Source of the DNA: Centroscyllium fabricii
Lineage: Eukaryota
NCBI GenBank assembly: GCA_051313645.2
Contig: JBNRSN020000011.1
Location: 75,764,001-75,828,000 of the forward strand
Direction: 5' to 3'
DNA: 64,000 bases
The position numbers and the translations under genes were made by a program. Under the pieces are notes generated by a model. The model ran no database searches. It saw only the letters and a program-made list of their open reading frames with translations, and was not told the DNA's origin. Below are positions 23,826-36,958 of this stretch, in pieces; position 1 is the first letter of the stretch; each line of letters starts with the position of its first letter.

Positions 23826-26800
23826 TGATGTAATAAATGAGTCTGATACATCAATAACTTTAAAATAAAGTTTTAATCCACTATATTGTCACTATTTACA
23901 AAGGTGGGTTTTACCATGCTTCCAGATGAAGCATTCACCCCATACTGAGCAGTTCCAGTATTTATACTATCTGGGCACAGGAAGTGACATGTACAGAGTT
24001 CACCATTCAACCTTCCCCCGGAAGTTTGTTCAATATCACCACATTCTCCCCTCCAACAAAATTAGAAGGCGGAATCTTTTTATTCCGGAGTAGCCGAACA
24101 AGGAGTCGCCGCACCCGTTTTGAGTTCTCGTCGCTGGGTTGATGGTCCGTCCCTATGGACAATGTCTGGGTCTCTGGACTATTTACCTGCTGTTGGCCAC
24201 TGGTCAGAACCTGCGTGGCCTGGATTACCCTGTGAAGGGTCGGGGAGATCATGGCTCCGCGTACGAGCTCCAATAGGTGCAGAGCTGGTCTGCCCTGGTC
24301 AGGGGGAGGTACAGAGCTGGTCTGTAGCCAATTGGCACTTCGGCGTGAGGCACCGGGAGGATCATGGCTCCGTGTACGAGCCCCCACAGGCTCAGAGTCG
24401 GTTGGTGTCTGGTCAGTGTCCTGAGAAGAGGTACTTGGCGGGTCGTAACTTCGAGTGTGGGATTCTACCGGCGCAAAGCTAGTTGGTGTCAGATCAGGGT
24501 CCTGGAGAGTGGTACCCGGTGGGTCCCTAGAGGCCCCTGGTAGGATATTATCACTCGGTGTCCCTCTAGGTCCTGGTGGGCAGGGTGCCAGGTCCCGTAA
24601 TGATACGGTAGACTCTCGAGCGTCGGGATATCGTATGTAGGCAGAGGTAGGGTTGACATCGGTTAGTTCGACCTTATCCACGAGAGGGTCATTTTTAGAC
24701 GTCCGAACGTATCTTTGGAGCAGTACGGGTCCAGGAGTAGTTAGCCATGATGGAAGAGATGTCCCATAAGATGAGCGACGCTGGAATCAACCATTCATGA
24801 GGTGTAGTATTCGTGGCGGAAGAAAGAAGGGACCATATCGAGTGCAATGCATCTGGAAGCACTGCTTCCTATTGCTTGTTTGGTAGGCCCTGAAATCTTA
24901 AAGCAAGATGTGCGGAATTCCAGATGATACCGTTATGTCTCTCTACTTCTCCATTTCCGATGGGATGGTATGGCGTCATTTTGGTTGTCGCAATTCCCCA
25001 TTCTGAGAGGTAGTCCTCGAGTTCACTTGACATAAAGGATGAACCCCGATCTGAGTGAATGTAGGCCACCATGCCACAGAGAGAAAATACTTGCTCAAGG
25101 CAGTTGATTACTGTGGATGCCAGCATATTGGAGTAGGGGAAAGCAAATGGAAATCGTAAATATTCATTAATCATGCTGAGCAAATATATGTTCCGTGCTG
25201 AAGAGGGCAATGGGCCCTTGAAGTCGTTGCATCAGTTGGGTTGCATGTATGAGTGCACCATCTGAGGGGCGGAAGAACTGAGGTTTCAATTCTGCACAAA
25301 TTCGGCATTCGGAGCACATTTTCTTTATATCTCCAGTAGAAAATGGGAGATTCCGTGATCGCACGAAATGTAGCATGCGAGTCACACCAGGATGGCACAA
25401 TCCATCGTGGAAATCTATGAGAGTAGAGGATGACATAGCAGAGCAGAATGTTCGTGTGAGGGTATCCGGGGCCACATTCTCATTGCCAGGTCGGTAGCGA
25501 ATGGTGTAACCAAAAGAGGCCAATTCCATCCTCTAAAGCTGTATTTTATTGTTCTTAATTTTAGTTCGCTTTCGATTATCGAGCATGAAGGTGACTGATT
25601 GCTGGTCCGTGATTAATGTAAAGTGCCGGCGAGCTAGGAAATGGTTCCACTTTCATAACGCCTCTATGATAGCTGTGGCTTCCTTCTCAACCGGAGGATA
25701 ATGTATCTCAGCACCTTGTAAGGTCCTGGGCATAAATGCTACAGAACGGCCTTCCTGATTTAGAGTAGCCGAGATCGCCACCTCTGAGGTATCACATTCG
25801 ACTATGAAAGGGAGTTTCTCATTGATGGAGTGAAGAGTCGCTTTCTCCAACTGTTTTTTGAGAAGGTTAAAGGCTGCAACAGCCGCTGTTCCCAACGGGA
25901 ATGTTCTAGCATTCAGCAAGGGTTGAATTTTATTTGAAAAATTAGGAATCCATTTAGCGTAGTATGCAAACAGGCCGAGGGCCCGATGTAAAGAAGCCGG
26001 ATTGTTAGGTGGAGGGAGCTCCTGGAACGGGCGAAGTCTTTCCGGGTCAGGTTTAATGATACCATTGCCTACACAGTAGTCAAGAATGTTGATGGTTGGC
26101 TGCGACTCCACAGATTTGGATTCATTTAAAGTTAAGTTACGGTGATGGAGAGCATCCCGAAATCTTCGGAGGTTGGCGTCATGTTCCTGCTGGTCGTGGC
26201 CTGCAACAGTAATGTTATCAAGATAGGGAAAAGTTTCCCTTAAGTTTTCCTGCTTAACCAGGCCATCTGTTGCCCGTTGGAAGACAGCCACTCCATTAGT
26301 GACCCCGAATGCGAGGCGACGAAATTGATACAGCCGTCCATTAGCCTCAAAGGCCGTGTACTTCTTATGAGACCCATAAGAGTACCTGATGATAGGCACT
26401 CTTTAAATCATAGGTTGAGAACACTTTGTATTCGGCCAGTTTATTAACCATGTCATCAATGTGGATGGGTAGGCGTCCAGGTCAGTATATTGATTGACGG
26501 AGTGAGAATAATCAATGCAGAGTCGTTTTTTGTGGGATTTCAGAGGGTTCTTAACGATGACGATTTGAGCCCACCAGGGCGATGAACATGTTTCGATGAT
26601 ATCCTCTGCTAAAAGTCGAAAGATTTCCGTCTCAATCAAAGATTGATCTTCCTGACTGAAGCGCCAAGATTTGGTTATTATTGGTTTGCATTGAGGAGGA
26701 ATACTGATGAATAATGATGGTTCATCAAGTGAAGCTGCTGATAGTGCACAAAACGGTAATTTAGACAGTAATTTAGATGGTATATTAGAAATAGTAAGTC

Positions 26801-28277
26801 CAGGTTTAGATCCGCCGAACTCAATAATGAGTTTATGATGCTGTTTTTGAAAATCCAGCCCTAGGATGAGATCACTACATAAGTCCTTGAACACAGAGAG
26901 TCGAGTGGAGGGATACATGCTGCCATTAAGTCTCATGTCAATAATACAAAAGCCGGAGATTCTGGTATTAAGTGATGACTGAGCCATTGCAATTGCCTGG
27001 TCCGATGGGAAGATATGTAGTTTCAAATTTCTCAACAATCTGTTCTCTAATGAAACTATCAGTACTTCCTGAGTCAATTAAGGCATCTAAGGTATGCCCA
27101 TTAATTGAAACTTTTGTAGCTGCATGAAACAAGCTTTGAGGGCAGGCAGCTGTAATTGGTGTGGTTGCACAGAGAGTGGCTGTAACTCTAGGTGTGCTTC
27201 TTCAGGAGGGAGCCCGATAGGTCCTAGCTGGAGCATCTTGATAGGCCCTAATTGGGGCAGTTCGGTAGGCCTTAGCTTGATAGGCCCTTGTAGAGGCTCT
27301 TGATTGCAATAAAAAGGGACACTTTGCAAAAGTTTACCAATGATTTCAGATTGCATTGCGAGCAGGGCAGAATTTCCTAAGGTGAAAAAAATCTCCACAA
27401 AAGCAGCAGCTCTTCCTAGATTGCCAAGAGGCTGCTAAAGTGGGGGTCATCCTCCTCCTCATCACTGAACTCACCAGGACTAGATTCTTCCATGATAGGG
27501 TCAACCGGAGGCCCCTTGAATGGTCTGATTGCAGTTGCAGTTCGAGATCTGGGCAGCGGATAGAGGTTTGCATTTTTTTTGCCAAGTCCAGAAAACAAGC
27601 CAGCTGCGAAGTTCTTAAAGGAATTCGGTAATCGATTCCCCTGGCCCTTGTCGGGCTGTGGACAGTAGATGTCTAGCATAGACCTCGTTTGGTGTCTTGA
27701 TATATAGTTCTTTAAGTGCTTGGATTACATCATCATAGCTATCCCATTTATCAACATATTCATACACGTTTGGGGACACGTAGTTCACAAGTAGCCAGAG
27801 TTTAGTAGTGGTATCCGCACCACATCCTTCAAGGAAGTTCTCAAAATTATGGTACCAATGCTTTCATACCTTGGCAGCTGCTGGTGTGTTTGGGTCCAGA
27901 TCAAGACGAGTAGGTCTAGGGTGGGGTGGTTCCCTAGATCCTCAGTTCTGAGTTGTCTGAAGGTTTTAAGAATTTGAATGGGTGGTTCCCTAGATCCTCA
28001 GTTCTGAGTTGTCCGAAGGTTTTAAGAATTTTGAGCGTGAAGTCTTTAGTGGATTAAATTGATGTAATAAATGAGTCTCATACATCAACAACTTTAAAGT
28101 AAAGTTTTAATCCACCATATTGTCACTATTTACAAAGGTGGGTTTTACCATGCTTCCAGATGAAGCATTCACCCCATACTGAGCAGTTCCAGTATTTATA
28201 CTATCTGGGCACAGGAAGTGACATGTACGGAGTTCACCATTCAACCTTCACCCGGAAGTTTGTTCAATATCACCACA
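23826..28277 (-). mobile_element. Gypsy LTR retrotransposon C (4452 bp), related to A and B, degenerate
   Basis: 218-bp LTRs at 28060-28277 (5') and 23826-24043 (3'), TGTGGT...CATCA on the minus strand; TSD CAGAC (23821-23825 / 28278-28282); PPT GGAGGGGAGAA; pol pieces FGVTNG, PYLDNITV, ECDTS, HSDRG. Confidence 0.95.
27923..28031. repeat. 56-bp tandem duplication in the leader/gag start of element C
   Basis: GGGTGGTTCCCTAGATCCTCAGTTCTGAGTTGTC.GAAGGTTTTAAGAATTT occurs at 27924 and 27980. Confidence 0.9.
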
Positions 28278-30698
28278 CAGACCAAATGCAATAAGTTGAG
28301 AGGGGATGTGAAGATGAAAATAAGATTGTCAAAGAGAGAATATGAGAGTAGAATGGCAGTTAACATAAAAGGGAACTCAAAAATCTTCTACCAGCATGTA
28401 AACAGTAAGCGGGTAGTAAGAGGCGGGGTGGGACCTATCAGAGACAATGACGGTGATATATGCTTAGAGGCACAGGGCAAGGCTAGAATATTCAATGAGT
28501 GTTTTGTATCGGTGTTTACGAAGGAGGTGGATGCTGACAAAATATCGGTAGAAGTGGAAAAGGCAGAAGCAATGGAAGGGGTGAAAATTGATAGACAGAA
28601 TGTACTAGAAAGGCTGGATATGCTTAGAGTGGATAAGTTGCCTGGTCCAGATGACTTGCATCCCAGGTTGCTGAGGGAATTTGGCGAGGAGATAGCGGAG
28701 GGGCTTGCCATAATTTTCCAATCTTCCCTAGATGCGGGGAAGGTGCCTGAGGATTGGAAAATGGCAAATGTGACACCATTGTTCAAGAAAGGGTGCAAGG
28801 ACAATCGTACTAACTATACACCGGTCAGTTTAACATCAGCGGTGGGTAAAGTTTTAGAAACAATAATCAAGGAAAAAATTAACCGGCAATTGGTGAGGTT
28901 TAAGCAAATTAAAGAGAGTGAACATGGATTTGTAAAAGACAGATCATGTTTGACTAATCTAATTCAATTTTTGGATGAAGTAACAGAGAGGATTGATGAA
29001 GGAAATACGATGGATGTTGTCTATGTGGATTTTTGGAAGGCATTTGACAAAGTACCACATAGAAGGCTGATTAACAAAATTGAGGCTCATGGAATAGGTG
29101 GGCCAGTCGCAGCTTCGATAAGGAATTGGCTCAAGGACAGAAAACAGCGAGTTGTGGTAAATGGCTGTTTTTCAGACTGGAGGATGCCAGACAGTGGTGT
29201 TCCACAAGGGTCAGTGCTGGGGTCACTGCTTTTTTTGATATATATGAATTACCTGGTAATTGGAATACAGAGTAGAATTTCTAAATCTGCCGATGACACC
29301 AAGCTTGGGGGGGTGTCAAAGTGATGATGATACCAATCAACTGCAACAGGACATAGAAAGGCTAACAGAATGGGCAGACAAGTGTCAGATAGAATTCAAT
29401 ACAGAGTAGTATGAGGTGATGCATTTTGGCAGAAGGAACAGGGAGAGGCAATATACACTTAATGGCACAGGTTTACAGAGTGTGCAGGGACAGAGTGACC
29501 TGGGAGTTCATGTGCATAGGTCCCTGAAGGTGGCAGGACATATTGAGAGAGTGGTTCACAAAGCATATGGGATCTTGGGCTTCATAAATAGAGGTATTGA
29601 GTAAAAATTTAGAGAAGTTATGCTGAATCTTTATTAAGCGCTGGTTAGGCCACAACTGGAGTTTTGCATCCAGTTCTGGTCACCACACTTGAGGAAGGAT
29701 GTAAAGGCCCTTGAGAGGGTGCAGAGGAGATTTACCAGAATGGTTCCGGGGATGTGGGATCTCAGCTACAAGGACAGGTTGAAGAAGCTGGATTTGTTTT
29801 CATTAGAGCAAAGGAGGTTGAGGGGTGATTTGATAGAAGTGTACAAGATTATGATGGGTTTGGATAGGCTAGACTGGCAAAGGCTGTTCCCACTAGTTGA
29901 TGATACAAGGACTAGGGGACACAGATTTATGGTTTTGGACAAGAGATACGGGGGGGGGGTGAGGAAAAGCTTTTTTACGCAGCGAGTGATGAGGACGTGG
30001 AACTCACTGCCAACGAAAGTGTTGGAAGCGGACACTCAATGTTTTCAAGGAGAGACTGGATAGGCACTTGAGGGAAATAAACTTGCAGGGCTACGGATAT
30101 CGAGCAGGTGAATGGGACAGACTTGATTGCTCTGCAGAGAGCCGGCATGGACTCGATGGGCTCCTTCTGTGCTGTTATGACTCTTATGACTGTGACTCTA
30201 TGACTTTATTAGGTATCGTCTAAATAAATGTTTGCTTGATCTGCATTCAGAGAGAGTGAAGAAACATGGGTGTGAACAACATGAATATCCATGACTGGCT
30301 GAATTAGGAGGATTTTTTAAAACTGTTGTCGTCATGTGGGCAATACTGGAAAGGCTGCATTTACTACCCATCACTAGCTGCCCTGAAGCACTGCAGTCCT
30401 TGTGGTGATGTCTAGCAATTCATTTTACAACTGAGTGGATTGCCAAATGACTTCATAAAATGAAGAGAAAAAAGAGCAAGGAAGAGGATGACAGACAGAC
30501 GCTTTAACTTTGTTGTGTTTTTTATTCCAGTTTTCAGCTGCAGTGTTCTGTCTCTTTGATGGACGATGATGCTCACAAAGGAGTATCAATACCTTGTGAC
30601 ATTGACAAAAGGGGTATTACCAGTAATTGCCAGGATTTACCAGTCACTGCATATTATCTTTTGTATTCAACAATCTCTATAGTGCTAGAAAACCATAC

Positions 30699-30870
30699 CT
30701 GTAGGATCACGGATCTCAATAAAAGGGGCAGGACCACTGAGAGACACTGTGACCTCCTTCAGACTGGGATCAAAGGGGATTTGCCAGATGTTTACAGCTT
30801 GGGAGACATGGTCTGTGGAAAGCAGGTGGACTTTGGATGCCTGGACTGCTTCTTTTACCCATTTCAGAAC
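30699..30870 (-). CDS. hmcn1: Hemicentin-1 coding exon (172 bp), VLKWVKEAVQASKVHLLSTDHVSQAVNIWQIPFDPSLKEVTVSLSGPAPFIEIRDPT(G)
   Basis: On the minus strand there is a polypyrimidine tract and TTGCAG acceptor (30871-30872) and a GTATGG donor (30697-30698). The peptide matches HMCN1 just after the vWA domain (EAVQ, QAVN and EVTVS favour HMCN1 over HMCN2). Confidence 0.95.
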
Positions 30871-31234
30871 CTGCAATGAAAAGATAAGAGAAATTGAGAA
30901 CAACATTCCCACAGAAAGCAACGGTGTGGGATTTACTGGAAAAGGAAAAAAACAATGAATTCCAACACTAACTGTTTCTCTTTAAAGGAAGGTCATTTAG
31001 AGGCTACAAATAGGGGAAAAAAAGGTAAGAAAGAAATGTTTTTAAAAAATGGATGCAATTTGCATTACCAGTCAATTTCCTTGCTTAATAACAAGTCAGT
31101 ATGTGACTAAAATCTGATAATTTGTTACAACATATACAAAGGACATCTTTCAAAATGTTAAGGAATATATTAGCACATCATCAAAGGTATTCACCACAGT
31201 CAGTCTCAGTATTGTAGGTTGCAACACTCACCCC

Positions 31235-31672
31235 TAGTGATAGCCGTGACTCTCGCCTCTGAGTCAGAAGGTTCTGGGTTCAAGCCCCATTTCAGAGACT
31301 TGAGCACAAAATCTAGACGGACACCTCAGTGCAGTACTGATGGAGTGCTGTACTGTCGGAGGTGCCATCTTTCAGATGAGACATTAAGCCACCCTCTCAG
31401 GTGGATGTAAAAAATCCCACGGCACTATTTGAAGAAGAGCAGGGCATTTCTTCCCAGTGTCCTGCCCAATATTTATCAATATTTATCCCACAACCATCAT
31501 CACTAAAACAGGTTATCGGGTCATTATCACATTGCTGTTTGTGGCACCTGGCTTTGCGCAAATTGGCTGCTGTGTTTCCTACATTACAACAGTGATTACA
31601 CTTCAAAAGTACTACATTGGCTTACTGAGTGCAGGTCGTGAAAGGTGCTATATAAATGCAAGTCTTTATTTT
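31235..31672 (+). mobile_element. tRNA-derived Deu-domain SINE (SacSINE1/AmnSINE1-like)
   Basis: B-box-like GGTTCAAGCCC; Deu-like CAGTGCAGTACTGA.GGAGTGCTG.ACTGTCGGAGGTGCC.TCTTTCAGATGAGAC; L2-type tail GCTATATAAATGCAAG. Confidence 0.8.
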
Positions 31673-33269
31673 ATTAGTATAACAAGTGTGACATCCCATA
31701 TTTAATTCTGTGAACTTATACACTCATATGCAGTCCAATTTGATCCTTAAGATACTGAAACTTTGAACAGCGTATTAAAAAATCCTGGAGACAGTGAAAA
31801 TGCTCATATCTGAGCAATTTGGCCCAGTTATTGATCATTGCACTAAAGGTATTAAATATACAACAAAGAAAAATATATTGAATTTTGTTTAGGACAGAAG
31901 TGCAAGTGATTTGTTATCGCACAGTTCTGCTCAGAAACCAGCAGCTTCACTGTCTCCAGAACATTTTTTTGTTTACATAACTGTGCTGCTTTGGCAGTAA
32001 ATTTGTACTACACTATATACAACCAAATTTAGAAATTCTCAAGACTTGTGCTGAGATTTCACACTGCACCTCTTCTTATTGATATCAAATTTCCGCTTCC
32101 AGTTCTGATAGTTTCCAGTGCAGCCTGGTTGACTGAATTTCAATGAATAGAACAACATTTGCACTGTGTCCATGAATAATATTTTTGCTGAGAAGCATAC
32201 AGTTATTCTGCCACAGTTACCCGCTGATCGTGAAGAAAGCTGCCTACAAAGATCTAGAGATCTCTGTGGCTTCGATTTCTCCTCTCCTGATGTTAATTTG
32301 AATCTGACAACAAGTCATGGGGATCTCCAGCATTCAGCAACAGTGATGTCATCAAGCTGGCTCAGCAGCCAATCACATTGAATTCTTAGACAGCAAACCA
32401 GGAAGTAAAATGCACTGATTTTCCTTCACTGTTTGATCATTTTCCAGAGATGGAAATAAAGATTTGGACATACACATGAGATTAATGTAGAAGCTGAAAT
32501 ATCATAAACAAATTATAATGGAAAATGTGACATTCCACAAATATAAAATTAGTTTTTCAGGGCCAGAACGGTTATTCAGCAGTATTTATGACTCAGTACA
32601 CCATTATCAACCCATTTAAACCTCATTCAACAAGGCTTAACTTTTTCGCAATTTTTTTAAGAGCGATATTCCAGTGTAAAAAGGGACATTCTCACCAGTT
32701 CAGTTATTTCAATTGATTGCCAGCTCCAAGGGAATTCACCACCTGTGGAGGAGCAGGGAAAGACTGACGGCAATTTCTAGATTTCCGCGATTAACTGCGC
32801 ATGTACGCACTCCAGAAATTACCATCAGATTCACAGTTGTAATGACAGTGAACGCTAACAGTTTCACCGTCATTACAATTGCAAATTCCAGGTCATAGGA
32901 ACTGGGAGATAGCTGTGATATTCCAGGATGGTTTTGCATTTAACGTGGTCAATAACCACATAGAATTGTTGTTCTTTCTAAACTTTATGACATCAGAGAA
33001 CAGACAGTATTAGAATAAATACAGTATCTGGTAGGGTTGTGGTTAATTCTACAGGGTTTATCACATGGAAAAGTGAAACCTATAGGTAACAGAGTTACAT
33101 GTTTATGAAAGTTGATATGTGTAATATCTTGCTCATCAATCATTGACACATTTGTAATATTTGACAGTAGTACATCTTAATGATTTTCAATATAATTATA
33201 TCTCAATTAAATTTTGACTGTTATGGGAAAAGATTTCATCCATTTTATATTTTGTGGTCCACGCCCACT

Positions 33270-35550
33270 CGAAAGCACAGATTTGATAAAGGTAAGTCAT
33301 GTTTGATGAGTTTAATAGAATTTTTTTTAAAGAAGTGATCAATTGGATAAAGGGAATGCAGTAGATCTAGAGTATATGGAATATCAGAAGGTGTTCCAAG
33401 ATTTCTCACAGGAGGCTCGGAAATGTCATGGCATAAGAGGATAGAAAATTGATAAACAGATAGGAAACAGAGTTATGATAAATGGGTGTTGCATGAACCT
33501 AAAGAGGGGTATCAGGTATACCAAACAGAACCAGACACTGAAGATAGAGGAACACTTCCTCAACAACTCGGACCCTCGACGTATGTGGCAAGGCATACAG
33601 TCCATCACGGACTACAAGTGCAGAAACACCAGCCCCCCGACCGGCGATGCCTCCCTACCGGAGGAACTCAACAACTTCTACGCTCGCTTCGACAGGGACA
33701 ACAAGGAGCCAGCCACCAAAGTCCTGCAATCTCCGGAAGACCAGCCATTAACACTGTCCTCCTCCGACGTTAGAGGTGCTCTACGTAGAGTGAACGCACG
33801 GAAGGCCGCGGGTCCTGATGGCATCCCCGGCCGGGCACTCAAAGAATGTGCCGACCAACTGGCTGAAGTCTTCACTGACATCTTCAACCTGTCACTGCCG
33901 AAGGCAGCTGTCCCTACCTGCTTCAAAATTGCCACCATCATCCCTGTGCCCAAGAAAACGGCCGTGACGTGCCTGAACGACTACCGCCCTGTTGCACTTA
34001 CACCCATTATCATGAAGTGTTTCGAGCGGCTAGTCCTGGCCCACATCAAAGCCAGCATCCCCGCCACCCTGGACCAATACCAGTTCGCCTACCGGGGGAA
34101 CAGATCTACAGAGGATGCTATCACTACGGCTCTTCACTCTGCACTAAACCACCTGGATAGCAAAGATACATATATCAGAATGCTGTTTATTGACTACAGC
34201 TCAGCATTCAACACCATCGTCCCCAGCAAATTGTCTACCAAACTCCTCACCCTCGGCCTGAACACCTCCCTCTGCAACTGGACCCTGGACTTCCTAACCA
34301 ACAGACCACAGTCTGTGAAGTTAGGCAACCTCACCTCCCCCCCCTTACCCTGAACACGGGGGCCCCACAAGGTTGTGTGCTCAGCCCCCTCCTCTACTCC
34401 CTCTTCACTCACGACTGTGCGGCTGTCCATGGCTCCAACACGATCATCAAGTTCGCGGATGACACCACGGTGGTTGGCCAGATCACCAACAACGACGAGT
34501 CAGCCTACAGGGATGAGATCCAGCGCCTTGTGGGTTGGTGTGCCGACAACAACCTGGCACTGAACACCAAGAAAATGAAGGAGATCATAGTGGACTTCCG
34601 GAGGACTGGAAGCAGAAGACACCCCCCCATCTTCATCCAAGGGGCTGAGGTGGAAAGGGTGTCCAGCTTCAAGTTCCTCGGGGTCCACATCTCGGAAGAT
34701 CTCTCCTGGTCACTAAACACCTCCTCTCTGGTTAAGAAGGCCCAACAGCGCCTGTACTTCCTTAGGAAGCTGAAGAAAGCCAGGCTGGCATCCGGCATCC
34801 TCTCCAATTTCTACCGCTGCACAATAGAAAGCATACTGACAAGCTGCATCACTGTCTGGTAAGGTAATTGCACTATCTCAGACCAGAAAACCCTGCAGCG
34901 GGTAGTCAAAACTGCCCAACGAATTACCGGTACACAGCTACCGTCAGTGGAAAGCATCTACCTCAAACGCTGCTTACGGAGGTCTATGAACATTATAAAA
35001 GACCCCACACACCCCAGCCACAGTCTATTCGCCCCTCTGCCCTCCGGGAGATGCTACAGAGCAATTTGCACCCGCACGACTAGATTTCAGAACAGCTTCT
35101 TCCCCAGGGCTGTCAGCCTCCTGAACTCTAAAAAGAAACTCCGGTACCTGCACGCCTGATAATGAACTTTACTGTATGCAATTTATTTATGTAATTTATT
35201 TATTTTGTTTACACTACTCTCGGGAGAGTCGAGTCTTCGTCTCGTTGTATTGTACTAGTACTCTGCAATGACAATAAAACTTGAATTGAATTGAATTGAA
35301 TTGAATTGAATTGAATTGAATTGGGGTCAGTGTTGGTTCCATTTGTGTTCTTGTTATATAGATAATTTGGACTTGGGTATAGGGAAACAAATGTCATTGA
35401 CAGGTTATTAGATTTGGGAAGGCAAATGGCAGATGTAATTTGATGTGAATAAGTGTGAGGTAGTACTTTCTGAGAGAAATAATAAGCAATGGGAGTATAT
35501 ACTTAATGGAAAGACACTGAAGGGTGTGGATGAACAGAGAGACCCAGGAG
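33270..35550 (+). mobile_element. Old CR1 RT fragment interrupted by a Rex1/Babar LINE
   Basis: Degenerate KGKSCL..LIEFF and KQRVMING before 33490; GSVL.P resumes at 35324. Confidence 0.65.
33495..35323 (+). mobile_element. Rex1/Babar LINE, 5'-truncated, little decayed
   Basis: [53 protein letters not shown]; one frameshift (about 34340) and one stop (34860-34862); AATAAA plus (TTGAA)8 tail at 35281-35320. Confidence 0.9.
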
Positions 35551-36534
35551 TTCAAAAACTTTTGCCAGGGTATTTCCTTGGGACTTTTACCACTCCTCTG
35601 CCTTAACTTCAGGGGAAATCCCATTTACACAGGCAGATAGGGTTTCTCCTGAACTTCTGCTGAATTTGGAGCGATGGAGCAGAAGCTGTGAGGAAATTCC
35701 CAGCATTAATTCCCTAAAAGTGTAAGTACAGCTAGATAATGGCACAAAAAAGGCCGACAGAATATTGAATTTTTATAAAGTGGGGCATAAAATATAAGAG
35801 TAATTACAAAGGAAAGAGAAAGGAATGGCTGTTGACCAACACAATAATAGAAGTAGAAGGCAGTAGTTAGGCATAAATTGGTAACATGGCAAATGCCAGA
35901 GCAATATAAATTGGGTAGGGTAGCAGCAGAAAATGGTGGAACATTTGGCAATGAGGCCTACTGTCACATCCCTGTCCCAGTCTCGAGCTTCCCATCCTCT
36001 ATAGCTGGGAAAATGGCTAGCCACCCCTTCACTGCCCCACCACATGTAAATGATACTGGGGGGGTGTGAGGCCCAGCAAACTACATGATCTCCATGCCTT
36101 CCACTGCTGCTACCACTAATCCCTGGGACTATCAGGAATCCCAGCGAAGGTTGGAGATAGTTCCTGGGGCAGCAGCAGAAGGGAAGGTTGCAGTATTGGG
36201 CATCTCGCCTTTCCTTTAGGCCACAACAGCTCACCTGTTTTTAGGCCTCGGCTGAATCCCAAGCCTAAAACATCATTTGGAAGCAGGTTTTGGGGGCTTT
36301 TCTGCCCCTTAAAACAGCTCCCATCCCTTCAGATGCAACCCGCTACAGCATCACCTACACTCCTTCCCCCAAAGCACTGGGTTCCCTCATGCTGGCAGAG
36401 ATCTCGCTGGAGCCCATCCTGTAAATGAAGTCCAACGCAGGAAATTGGGATGGGGTCACAAATAGATCAGAGCATCAGGCAGCAGAGTGAGGGGAATCCA
36501 ACCTGAGAAGTATGCCATGGAGTCAGTTTCAGTA

Positions 36535-36725
36535 AAAATGAACTTACATTTAGAAGTGCATTTCATAACTTCAGGACTTCACAAAGCACTTTACAACCAA
36601 CTAATTACTTTTGAAATGAAGTCACTGTTGTTTTGTGGGCAAAATTAGCAGCCAATTTGTGCACAGAGGGCAGATGGGGCCTCGGTTTAACGTCTCATCC
36701 AAAAGGTAGCCTTTCCCTCAGTCAG
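36535..36725 (-). mobile_element. Deu-type SINE fragment
   Basis: Reverse complement resembles 31370-31670 (GCAGCCAATTTG.GCA, TTTAACGTCTCATC). Confidence 0.6.
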
Positions 36726-36958
36726 TGGGTCAGAGTTAGTTTAGGTTCTTGTTCAGAAATGTCTGTGACTCAAGCATCAGATGGAAAAGGGTTCAGGGCA
36801 AAAAAGACTGTGGATTGACTGTTGGCGGTGTCCATCGACACTTCACTAGCTGAGCATCCAGTTAAGGATTGTTTTGTTGGAGCTGTAGATGTCTAACAGT
36901 GTCTGACAACCTATTTGGTGGAGGAAGGAAATGTTTCGGTGATTGTGTGATGTTAGTA

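Larger units (their letters stand above)
21505..30205 (+). mobile_element. CR1 LINE with ORF1 SGNH-esterase, APE endonuclease and RT, carrying two nested insertions
   Basis: RAIVVG.SIVRG..LPGARVKDV and IGTND (ORF1); ITETW, ILGDFNYP, SDH (EN); DFWKAFDKVPH, GVPQGSVLG, ADDTK (RT, ORF 28218-29324); (TATGACTC)n-like tail near 30180-30205. Confidence 0.9.

Noticed and set aside
31235-31300. tRNA gene
   Set aside because: It is the tRNA-derived head of a SINE with no complete cloverleaf.
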